NCBI GenBank assembly: GCA_037447605.1
Contig: CM074816.1
Coordinates: 372,001 to 436,000 of the forward strand
Origin: Zygnema circumcarinatum SAG 698-1b
Taxonomy: Eukaryota > Plantae > Zygnematophyceae
DNA: 64,000 nucleotides
Direction of reading: 5' to 3'
Shown: piece by piece, positions 38,720-49,543 of the stretch
Position numbering within the stretch: the first letter of the stretch is position 1
Layout: every line of letters starts with the position of its first letter
Made by a program: the position numbers and the translations under genes
Notes under the pieces: model-generated
Databases searched by the model: none
Told to the model about the DNA's origin: nothing
The model's input: only the letters and a program-made list of their open reading frames with translations

Positions 38720-39630
38720 TGTGCATGCATGGCATGGCATGGCGTGATTGGTGTCTGGAAACTTGTTGGTGGGTCCGAAATCTGAAGCACTGCATTGCTA
38801 AAGGGGGCGACTCGGTATTGAAGGAGGTACGGTATGTGGGAAAGCCAACTCGCGGTGTAGTACAAGGCAACCCTTTTCTTTCCTTTGTCAAATGGCACCT
38901 TGCAGTAAGTGACGCAATGGTCGGCCTCAAAGCGACCAATCTCCTATGGACGCTGCATGTGTGGGGCGATGCGCACGTGTCCAGCACGCCGTGCCATCAT
39001 CTGCCACACCGTCCTGTGCGGTATGGCATGTGCCATGGCCTCCATCGCTCCATGCCCTGCCGTGCAGCACCACCACTGGTGTATACTTGCATGCCATACC
39101 ATGCCAAACCATGTTGTGCCATGCCATGGCACGTGGCCTCTCGGCATTTTGATGACGTCTTGCCATGACCTTGATGACGTGACGAGCCAAATGGCGCGCA
39201 TAACAACCAGTAGTAGCAAAACCGTGCCTTCGGAATTCGCGACTCCTCGACAGAAAACCCAGAAGTCGCCCAACTGCTAAAAATAAATTCCTAGCCATCG
39301 ACTGTAAGTGAACAACTTTACTAATAAAAAGCAGACGCTAGTTGTGCTGGCGTCATCCTCTTTACAAATAAGCACATATCCTAAAACCCAGCCTCTCCCT
39401 TCTGGCGCGACTCCCTCCCTCCCTCGAGCGAGCGAGCCAGATAGTTCCCGACCAGCTTTGCCATGCGCGGGCACGGCATGGCATGCATGGCATGGCGTCC
39501 ATCCAAAGTTGCAAACCGGCGCACCAGGTTTTTCTCCATTCGCAAGTCCGAAAATATCGCACGCGGAAAATATCCAACGGTCACATACTGCCACCATGAT
39601 GCATGCCATGCCATGCCATGCCATGCTGCC
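38720..39630. repeat. Dispersed (CATGG/CCATG)n pentamer-rich tracts in both orientations
   Basis: gcatggcatggcatgg (38726), ccatgccatgg (39118), gcatggcatgcatgggcatgg (39476) and catgccatgccatgccatgc (39602). Confidence 0.7.
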
Positions 39631-40321
39631 GTACGGCACCGTACTGCCGCCCGGCCTCGTGCATCTCGTGATCGCGCGTGCCCCTGCCCGATCGCGCCGC
39701 CGCGACCGTTGTCCGCCGCGTGCGCTATACGACACGCGGCGCCTCCTGGCCAAGAGTGGCCGCCTGTCAGCCCGGCGCGCCTAGGCGTCCAGTGCTGTCG
39801 TTTTCGCTGAATCGAAACGAAACAGCTGGTCTGTCCAAATTTTCGCTTAGATTTTTGGCGTTTTCGCAAGATCCACATCGGCCTCTTAATGGATCGTGGA
39901 CGGATCAAATCACGAATCTGATCTATCAATGATGACCAGGATCGGATTCTTAAGATCTCCAGCGATCATTCCCGGACGACAACGTTTCTTTCTGGCCTTT
40001 TCCTGCAGATGCGGCCAAAAGTTTCGTACATGGCAGCTAGCCTCCGCGGATCTTGGGTCGTGGCGCCACTTGGCGCCGTCTGAGACTCTGACACGTCCCC
40101 ACGCGCCAAAATCGGCCGCCCGGCAACTTGCCGCGATATTTTGGTGTGGCGCGTCGGCCGAAGGGGGGCGACAGCTCCGGAAAATGAGGAAGCCACAAGT
40201 AGGTGAACACGTAGACGGACGCGAGCGGACAGTCGAAATCTTAGGGAGTGATGTCTACTGGATGGTAGGGATGACAGCAGGATCGTAGGGTTCACATGAG
40301 CCGTATGGTCATAGGTACGGC

Positions 40322-40569
<248 letters not shown>

Positions 40570-41533
40570 TCCATGTTTGCATGTGGGGTCGACATTGTAC
40601 AAAGTGTGGGGATCACCATGAGAGCACGCAAGAATGAGAGGACAACATTTTCATATCACTTTGATGTTGTCAGTACAGCACTTGCGAACGTTGAGAACTT
40701 GCAAACAACATGTACGGCTTGCACGATCTGGTTGACCTCTCCAGTTTACCTCCCGCTTGCATCTCTATTCCCCTCACTTGCCTGCTTTGTTCCCCTCTTT
40801 CTGGTTTTGGTTGCACCCTCCGTAGGTTTGAATTCTTGGTAAGATGGCCAACATTGGAATGTCAAGCGAAAGCACGTCTCACGAGAACTAACAACTTGTG
40901 CATCTTTTGGGAGGCCAAAAGGCAACTTGTCTTGTAGGCTCTTAACAATAGTTTCTTGTTGACAAGAACATGCACGAATGGGGTCAGGCCAATTTTCAAC
41001 CTGCCATCCGGCTTGTAAGCCCCACCTTCACAAAGTAACTAACCTATGCCAAAACACAGCCTGCTGCAGATCTTACCGACCATATGATGCAGCGACCCAC
41101 TGTTGCAGTCAATCCTACCAGAAACCAACGAAAGAAAGTAACTTGGACGAATGCCAAGTTCTTTCTAGTGCCTTCAATCCCAACCATACCCAACCTGCTT
41201 TGTCTTTCCATCCCATTCTGCGTCTACAACTCCTGTTCCTATGACTTTCAGCCATAGGCCCATAGTAACTCTCATCCACTCAACGTAATATTCTAAGCCA
41301 TATCTTTAGCTGCAAACCTTTGCATATAAGCAGCATAAGCGGTAAAAAGCTAAGCTTGATGGATCCTCTCACAGCCACATTAGCCTCCCGTAAGGAGGAG
41401 CAATGACCCGTGCAAAGTAACTTATTATAGCGCCCTTAGTACAGAGCAAAAATGTGTAATAATAGACGGCAAAGCGAAAAAAGAGCCCCATACCGCACAC
41501 CAACCCCCCCCCCCCCCCCCCCTTCCCCCCTTT

Positions 41534-43685
41534 TTACTCGAGTACAGGCCCGGCCACCATGGCCCCCATGGCCCCCATGACCCCCATGCCCCCCATGCCC
41601 CCCATGCCCCCCATGCCCCCCATGACCCCCATGACCCCCATGGCCCCCATGCCCACCATGACCCCCATGCCCCCCATGGCCGCCATGGCCGCGGCGCCCT
41701 CAAGTGCGCAGGCGCGTTTGTGCCCCGCCCGCCAGCTGTGCGCCTGGCAGGAGCGGCTGCAGTACGTCGCCTGCAGGCACGCGGAGCAGCACCGGAACTC
41801 CTGCGACCGCGTCTCCGCGCGCCCGCAGCGCGCATTCCCGCACAGCTGAAGGCCCTCCGGCAGGGGACGGCTCCAGTGCCAGTCGGCGAGGAAGTGGTGT
41901 ACGGACTGGCACGCGCCGCGCTCGCAGCACTCGCACGCGGCGCCCTCCCTCCGCGCCTCCGCGATGGGATGGGCCCCGCGCCCGCCCCCTCGACCCTCTC
42001 CCTCCTGCTGCGGGGGAGAGGGCGCGCCTCCCTCCATGACCCGCTGCTGCTGCTGCTGCTGCTGCTGCTGATGATGGTGATGGTGGTGGTGGGTGTCGGC
42101 GCGATGGCGGAGGCCCCCTCCTCCCGCGAGCCAATGGCCCGTCCCCGCCTGCTCGACGGGCACGTCCACCATCCTCCTCCTCCTCCCAGTGTCCTTCCCC
42201 GCGGCCTCCTCCTCCTCCTGCTGCTGCTGCTGCTGCTGCGGGGGGGGGGCCTCCGCGGGGCTCCCTAAAGCTCCGGAAGTTGCGAGCGAGGGCACGGACG
42301 GGAGCGGCCCCGACACCGTCCGTACATACGCGGGGCGCGGCCCCGCCCCCTCCCCCGCCCCTCCCTGCCTCTCCCTCTCCCTCTCCCTCCCCTGCTGCCC
42401 CTCCTCCTCCTCCTTGCGTACGGACGCCGGGGGAGGCCGCGCCGCCAGCTGCGCCGCCTCGCGCGCGTTGGCTTCCAGGAGGAGGCGGCGGCCCTCCGGC
42501 ACGTTGCGGGGGAGGCCGTACCCGTCCTGCAGGCAGTGCCCGAGCTCGCGCAGCGCCTCCACGTGGCCCTGCGCGGCCGCCTTGGCGCACAGAATCACTC
42601 CCGAGGCCAGATCCCTGCGAGAAGGAATACCGCAGTCAGCTCTCTGCTCCTCTGTCTGCTCTCCGCTCTCTGCCCTCACTCCCCTCTCTCGCGGCCGCAG
42701 CTGCTGCAAGGAGGCTCCCGTCCTCACCTGTCGCAACGGGTCCCGCCGCTGCCATTGAAGTGGATGACGGCGAGGCAGTAGAGCGCCTCCGCATGGCCGG
42801 CCATGGCCGCCCGAGCCATGAGAGAGGCGCCGCCTCGGCGATCCTCCAGGCAGTAAAACTTGATCTGCCGCCCCGCAGAGAGAGCCCCTTCCCCCAGTCA
42901 GCCCCCGAACAGGCGCGCGAGTGGGCGGCGGCCATAGCCTGCGCGGGCGGGCGGGCCCGAGGGAGGGGAGGGGAGGGGAGGGGAGGGGAGGGGGAGGGGG
43001 AGGGGAGGGGGAGGGCGCTGACCATGCCGAGGCGGAAGGCGGCCTCGCGGCTGCCCGCCTGCGCGCACTTCCGCAGGAAGCGGTGCGCGCCGTCGGCCCA
43101 CCGCGCGGCGGAGAGGGAGAGGGCGCCCGCCGAGGCCGCGCGCAGCGCGCCCTCCTGCCCGCCCAGCGCGCACAGCCGCCGGCACCTGCACGCCATGGCC
43201 CACCTGCTCAGAACGACCGCCACTTCCGGACGACCGAGCGCAGAAGGAAGGAAGGAGGCCGTGGCCATAGCCATAGTCATAGCCATAGCGTGGAACTCAC
43301 GAGAGCATGGCATTGATGAGGTCGGCCGCCGTCCTCGCGCTCTCGCTGAGCTTCACCATCACCAGCGACAGCACGTCGTCCTGCACATTCCGCCACGCCC
43401 ATTCTCCACTTAGTCACCCGCCCGCCCGACATGGCTGCCATAGCCGCCCGTTCCAGGGCGAGGCGGCAGCATTGAGGGCGGCGGGGCGGGGCGGGGCGGG
43501 GCGCTTACCGGCAGGTCGAGGAGGGCGGCGGCGGGGGGCGGCGCGGGGCCGGCGAGGCGCGCGCGTTTGGCGGAGGGCGAGGGCGAGGGCGAGGGCGGCG
43601 CGCGAGGACGCTTCTCCCGCGGGAGGCGGATGTGGAACGTGAGGCCGTCCGCGCCGCTCTGGTACCCGCCATGGCGCGTCCGCAT
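41534..43685 (-). CDS. F-box / SEL1-like / zf-MYND protein (At1g67340-like), copy 1, complete
   Basis: LLDLP|DDVLSLVMVKL (F-box), GHAEALYCLAVIHFNGSGG, GHVEALRELGHCLQDGYG, and MYND CGNARCGR...CCSAC...YCSRSCQ..SW...HKRAC. Confidence 0.92.
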
Positions 43686-45720
43686 GGCGCCGCGCGGGAC
43701 AGGGGGCGAGGGAGGGAGGGAGGGAGGGGAGGGAGGAGGGAGGAGGAGGGAGGGAGGGAGGGAGGGAGCGGGAGAGAGCGTGGGAGAGCGTGGGAGAGGG
43801 AGAGCGCGAGGGCGGACGAGAGTGGCGATGTCAACTCTGGAGGCCCCCCTCTACATGCCCTCCACCGCCGCGAGGCGGCGCCATAAAGGGGCGGCCGCGC
43901 AGGGACACAAGTCAAGCAGGCGGCCGCCGCTACCCGACAAGGCGCCGAACGTATGCCGAGCTGCAGATCTTGTTTCACGCGTGCGGGCGATCTCCATGCG
44001 TCATCACGCGTCAGCTGGCGCGATCCCTTGCAAGGCGACAAGTGGCAGTTCGTGGCCGTTTGGGCGGCGTGGCACGATCTCAGGGCACCACGTGTGAATG
44101 AAGCTACGCGACACGCGTGGAAATGATGGCGGGGGGGGTCTGACGGCGTAGGGCGGCCGCGAGTAGCCGCGGCCGCGAGGGGGAAACCGGGGGTTGCAAA
44201 CCGGGCGAGCGGGTTTGACGGTGGTTTATGGTTTAGGGCGTTGGGCGATGGGGTGCAAATGGGGCATAAGGGACGAGACGGCGTAAGAGGTTGGCAGGGG
44301 CGGCGAATGCGAGCAGCCAATAGGGATAGAGTTTGGAGAGGATGAATAAATGCCAAACTAAGTCGCAGGGCCATCCGGATCCGTATCGATGGGAATTGGT
44401 CACAGTGATAATCCGATCGGATCGGACAATGGCCATGGCACAGTGCCAGCGCGGCAGGGAGGTGAGGGAGATGTGGTGGGCGCATGTGAGCATGCGACCA
44501 TGAGGGGGATGGGTCATGGATGCGTGCGAGCATGCATGACATACGGGAGGCTATGTTTCAGGAATGCCATGTCACAGTTTTGGGCATGAGGTCACACCCT
44601 CAGGCGCCATGGCTGATAGTCAAGGATGGAGCAACGCAGTTGATCTGCTTTATGCAAATCATAGCTCGCACACATCGTCATATCAATCCATACATCTTGC
44701 ATCCCACCAGCAGCCTCTCCCCAACAGCACTTGCGCGTGTGCGATGTAATGTTGCACAACTTTGAACCATCCCCATCCCCGCGCTAGACGCCCCAAAAAC
44801 ATGGCTCGCACGACCCAACCACCCTCTGTCCCCGCCTGCTTGATGCCAAAGGAAAAACTTCTGCGACACGGAACTCCCCCAACAGTTCCCTGTCGGCCTC
44901 CCGCCGTCCTTGCGCCACCTGTCGCCCAGGGCGGCACTGTGCGCCTCTTTGGCCCTGTCCGTACCGTACGGCCCAACCGTAGCCCTACGTCCGCCCGAGC
45001 GGGCAGCCAAAAAAAGGACCGCCCCCTGCCAGCCCTCCGATCGATCCCTCCCAAACCGTACGGCCCCTTCCCGGCCGTTTCCCCCCTTAACTTTTTCCTC
45101 CGCCGCGTCTTCGGCCCCAAGTTTCGGCCTAACCGCGGGGGTCCGCCGAGCGGAAAATCGCCAAAGGGAATTTTTTTTTATCATGAGGGGCTAGGGCCAA
45201 TTCACTGCCTCCTGGAGAGCACATCGCAAAACGCCAAAATGTGGTACGTTGTCCGTATCGGAACCGTACCGTAACCATATCATGAAGGTACTCCATAATA
45301 TCTTGTCGTCTTGCCAACTTGCGATTTCATGGTACTGTCGTACGACAAATCCGATCTTGTGACATCGAAACAGAATCTATAGCGGGAGGCTGCTGACACG
45401 TGGCCGATTTGGCAGCTTGCAACGGATCTGTCCTGAGGCCAGTGTCCAGGATTCGTCGTACCAGCCAGCTGGCTCACTTGACTTGGCGCTACTCGTCCGT
45501 CATAAATAACGTCCGGCCCGCCGCCCGCCCAGTCGCCCGCGGCCGCCCGGCGCCACCGCCTGCCCATAAGGCCGGCCGGCCTTTTTCCCTCCCTTCCTAC
45601 GCCTCTCCCTCCCTCCCTCCCTCCTCCCCCGCCCCCCTGAGCCCTCCCTCGCTCCCTCCCTCCATCCTTCCTTCCTCCCTCCCCTCCCTCCCTCCCTCGC
45701 CCCCTGTCCCGCGCGGCGCC

Positions 45721-46682
45721 ATGCGGACGCGCCATGGCGGGTACCAGAGCGGCGCGGACGGCCTCACGTTCCACATCCGCCTCCCGCGGGAGAAGCGTCC
45801 TCGCGCGCCGCCCTCGCCCTCGCCCTCGCCCTCCGCCAAACGCGCGCGCCTCGCCGGCCCCGCGCCGCCCCCCGCCGCCGCCCTCCTCGACCTGCCGGTA
45901 AGCGCCCCGCCCCGCCCCGCCCCGCCGCCCTCAATGCTGCCGCCTCGCCCTGGAACGGGCGGCTATGGCAGCCATGTCGGGCGGGCGGGTGACTAAGTGG
46001 AGAATGGGCGTGGCGGAATGTGCAGGACGACGTGCTGTCGCTGGTGATGGTGAAGCTCAGCGAGAGCGCGAGGACGGCGGCCGACCTCATCAATGCCATG
46101 CTCTCGTGAGTTCCACGCTATGGCTATGACTATGGCTATGGCCACGGCCTCCTTCCTTCCTTCTGCGCTCGGTCGTCCGGAAGTGGCGGTCGTTCTGAGC
46201 AGGTGGGCCATGGCGTGCAGGTGCCGGCGGCTGTGCGCGCTGGGCGGGCAGGAGGGCGCGCTGCGCGCGGCCTCGGCGGGCGCCCTCTCCCTCTCCGCCG
46301 CGCGGTGGGCCGACGGCGCGCACCGCTTCCTGCGGAAGTGCGCGCAGGCGGGCAGCCGCGAGGCCGCCTTCCGCCTCGGCATGGTCAGCGCCCTCCCCCT
46401 CCCCTCCCCCTCCCCCTCCCCTCCCCTCCCCTCCCCTCCCCTCCCTCGGGCCCGCCCGCCCGCGCAGGCTATGGCCGCCGCCCACTCGCGCGCCTGTGCG
46501 GGGGCGGACTGGGGGAAGGGGCTCTCTCTGCGGGGCGGCAGATCAAGTTTTACTGCCTGGAGGATCGCCGAGGCGGCGCATCTCTCATGGCTCGGGCGGC
46601 CATGGCCGGCCATGCGGAGGCGCTCTACTGCCTAGCCGTAATCCACTTCAATGGCAGCGGCGGGAACCGTTGCGACAGGTGA
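45721..46682 (+). CDS. F-box/SEL1/MYND copy 2, 5' half, truncated by 100-N gap
   Basis: Near-identical inverted copy of about 42720-43730 with a few substitutions (e.g. gcctgtgcgggggcggac vs gcctgttcgggggctgac; gggaaccgtt vs gggacccgtt). Confidence 0.88.
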
Positions 46683-46832
46683 NNNNNNNNNNNNNNNNNN
46701 NNNNNNNNNNNNNNNNNNNNNNNNNNNNNNNNNNNNNNNNNNNNNNNNNNNNNNNNNNNNNNNNNNNNNNNNNNNNNNNNNNTTTGTTCAACTAAGCACG
46801 AAAATAAAAAAAATACATTAAANNNNNNNNNN
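46683..46832. other. Assembly gaps (100 N at 46683-46782, 10 N at 46823-46832; others at 27594, 49804, 56595)
   Basis: N runs in the sequence. Confidence 1.
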
Positions 46833-47222
46833 CACCGGCGGGCATTCTTCCATAGGCGGCGGCAGCGGCGGGAGCTCCCCAATGCCGCGGACTCTTATCA
46901 CAGTTCGCGCCACGTGACGATGCGCGAGCAAGTCATCCGGCCGCTCGATGAGGTACGACACCATCCAGTGGGTGAGAAGGAACTTTATTTGGTTCAAAGC
47001 GAGGCCCTCCATCGCTTGCTCAGGGGAGAGCGGCAGCTTCGGGAGAGTTTCGATTTTTCGAATCCACACCACAGTGGAGGCCACGCGACGATGCGCAGCG
47101 AGGTCGTTCGGAGGTGCGTCGTGCGGCACCACCCAGAAAGCGAGCAAAAATTTAAGTTGGTTGAGGGCAAGCGATTCCACCACACGCAGCCGCGCCTGCA
47201 GGGAGGCGGCCACGGAAGCCAT
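46833..47222 (-). CDS. Hypothetical small protein with two copies of a 56-aa domain; C-terminus lost in N gap
   Basis: ESLALNQLKFLLAFWVV..PPNDLAAHRRVASTV..RKIETLPKLP vs EGLALNQIKFLLTHWMV..RPDDLLAHRHVARTV..RGIGELPPLP. Non-low-complexity composition, with a TATA-like motif upstream. Confidence 0.65.
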
Positions 47223-47338
47223 GGCGGCGACGGTTGCGGAGCGAAGCGTGAAGGGACGAGAAGAGAAAGAGAGATCAAGAGAGGAAGTAGTGGAAAGAAA
47301 GGAGAAAGTGAAATGGTGGAAAGGGGAGGGCGTCCCAG

Positions 47339-47400
47339 CTTATACGGCCCGGGACAGGACGTCACGTGACGCGTCGTGACGGGACGTGACGGCAAGTGGC
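47339..47400 (-). promoter_or_regulatory. TATA-like box plus palindromic G-box/ACGT cluster upstream of the twin-repeat ORF
   Basis: Minus-strand TATAAG at 47344-47339, about 120 bp before the ATG. Perfect 12-bp palindrome CGTCACGTGACG at 47360-47371, followed by further CGTGAC copies. Confidence 0.5.
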
Positions 47401-48075
47401 GGCGCGGGATAAGGTCCTCGGCCACCCCCAGCCGTACGTTCGCGTCCGAGCGACCAGGTGCAGTGCTTCGCGCGCGGGGCGGCCGACAGTCAGCGCGCGC
47501 CGGGCTGCCGCGTGGCACGGAGGGTTTCCGTTCCGCGGCGGCGAGGCGTGACGCGCGGCGGTAGCTTTGACACGACCGGCCGGCCGGTACTCGGCGCAGT
47601 AATGCTCGGCGGCGGGGACGGCGCCAAATGTGTTCGTCCTGCCCCATCCGTGCGACGATCGCTTCGGACTAGTGGGTCGGATTCCGGGCAGAGCTAAAAA
47701 ACGTTTGGCTGCGGCAGACCGCGACGCTCGCGCCGCCCCTTCGTAGGTACATTTTCTTGGCCGCGTTTGCACGCGCGCGAATGCGACAAGACCAGGACTG
47801 TCGTCTGTCACGTGGCGTATGCCGACTGGTGTTCTGCGGATGGGAATGACGTGGTCGGGCGGCAAAACGTCGCAACTCGTGACAGGGCCCACTTGTCGAT
47901 GTCGTCATCCGTCAGCGCCACACGCGTGGTAGATGCGCACGTGCGGTCGGAGATAAGGAATTCAGACCAATCAGGACGCGCCACAACGACGTTTTTTTTT
48001 CCACATGGCGCGCTGATATTGAATCTCCGCGTGTCTGGGAAAGATGGAACGCCAGTTGTCAGGGTCGACTCGCGT

Positions 48076-48118
<43 letters not shown>

Positions 48119-48222
48119 CGCTTCAGTCTCTGGGGGAAACTGAGGGGGATAGGGGAGGCCTACGAGAGGAACCAGGCATATCTATCAGTTAGGGTTTTGA
48201 AGTTCTTGCAAGGCTTCAAGCC

Positions 48223-48732
48223 ATGGCGACTTTGAGATTCCAGGATTCCCCCACATTCGCTGCTCGCCATGCAGGAGGAGTCTCTGCTCGTGCTTGGAGC
48301 TGGCTTCTTGGAGGACTCGGCTTTCACAAAGAGGATAAATTGGAGACATCTCAAAGCGCTGCTCTCGAGGTGATGAACGCGGCGGGAGAGGGAGGGGCGG
48401 CTGAGGAGCCTCTGTGCCACGTGGCGGCTTGCGAGGACACTCAGGAAGAGAGTTTTGAAGATGCTTTCAGTGAGTGGGAGAGCGCGCTCTTCTTGCCCAC
48501 GCCAGTTCGTGTGGAGGTAGGAAAGGCGACCATGGCGGCCGCAGAAATTGGGCGGGAGGGAGAGGGAGAGGGAGAGGGGGAGGGGGAGGGAGAGAAGGGC
48601 AAAACTGAAGGAAGTGAGACTAGTAGGGAGGCTGAGAGGGATGGAGTGAAGGGCGGAGGGGAGAAAGCCGAGATTGGGCGGGAGGGAGAGGTGGGGGAAG
48701 GTGAGAAGCTTCTCCATGCAAAGAGGAACTGA
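48223..48732 (+). CDS. Probable first exon of an unknown gene, possibly the 5' end of the 59-62 kb coiled-coil gene
   Basis: ATG after a CT-rich leader and telo-box, coding-like to PVRVE|GTAGGA (about 48516). The frame stops exactly at the start of the duplicated block. Confidence 0.5.
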   Translation: MATLRFQDSPTFAARHAGGVSARAWSWLLGGLGFHKEDKLETSQSAALEVMNAAGEGGAAEEPLCHVAACEDTQEESFEDAFSEWESALFLPTPVRVEVGKATMAAAEIGREGEGEGEGEGEGEKGKTEGSETSREAERDGVKGGGEKAEIGREGEVGEGEKLLHAKRN

Positions 48733-49416
48733 TAAACTGAGCATGGAGCTCCATGTAAGACCGCGTTCAGCCAGTCGATGATTGCATAGAGCATGAACTC
48801 AAGTGATCTTCTTTTGCCAGTTTGGGATTTTAGGGGCGTTCAGTTTTTTATTCTGTGTAGCATTGTGAGGTCTAAATGGAGTATTGCTGTTTTCGCGGTG
48901 TTAATGGGTTCACGCAGGCATACTCGAGATCTATTCGGAATCAGTACGTCGATGCATCTCTACCGGTGAACGAGCAGGAGGGAGGAGTGGATGCCCTGGT
49001 CATGGTGAGTACACCCTCCATTCTCTCTGTCCCTTTCTCTCTCTCTTTCTCTCCGTCCTCTCGCCTCTAACAGCTCGTTCTCTCTCCCCCTTTCTGTATC
49101 AATAGGAATTGGTAGCCAGAGGGGCTTCGGAGGGTGCGGCGCGAAGATATGTGATAGGCTCCATGGCTCGTGAACGGCACAAAGTTCTCCAACAGGATGC
49201 GGAGGAGCGGCTGCCAAAGGCGAGCAGCTGCAAGTAGAGTTTAGGGTTTAAGAATTTAGGATCGTAGTGCTATGCAAGTAGTTACCGTGCACGCCGCTTG
49301 AAAGTGGTGCATGGTAAAAATAAGTCATTTTTGCATCCCAATGTCGAGCACTTCGGGACTTAGGTGTGGTCTTTGATTGAGTTTGCGATGTTTTTAGGGC
49401 TTTGTAAGGTTTTTGG
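48727..49416 (+). repeat. About 690-bp direct repeat, essentially identical to 61990-62679 (last exons and 3' flank of the coiled-coil gene)
   Basis: Constant offset of 13263. Identical on visual comparison, including microsatellite lengths; one mismatch near the right end. Confidence 0.95.
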
Positions 49417-49543
49417 ATTAGGACCCCGGGACTTGTTGAAGTCATTCTTTGGAGTTTTGTCGCTGTTTTTCTTCGGGAGGAGGCAGATGTGAAGCATTAA
49501 CTTTGTTACCTCCTATTTCCTTTCCTCGTTTGTGAGGATGCAG

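Noticed and set aside
41700-43650. Many long overlapping GC-rich ORFs (296-377 aa)
   Set aside because: They are alternative frames or antisense readings of the F-box gene.
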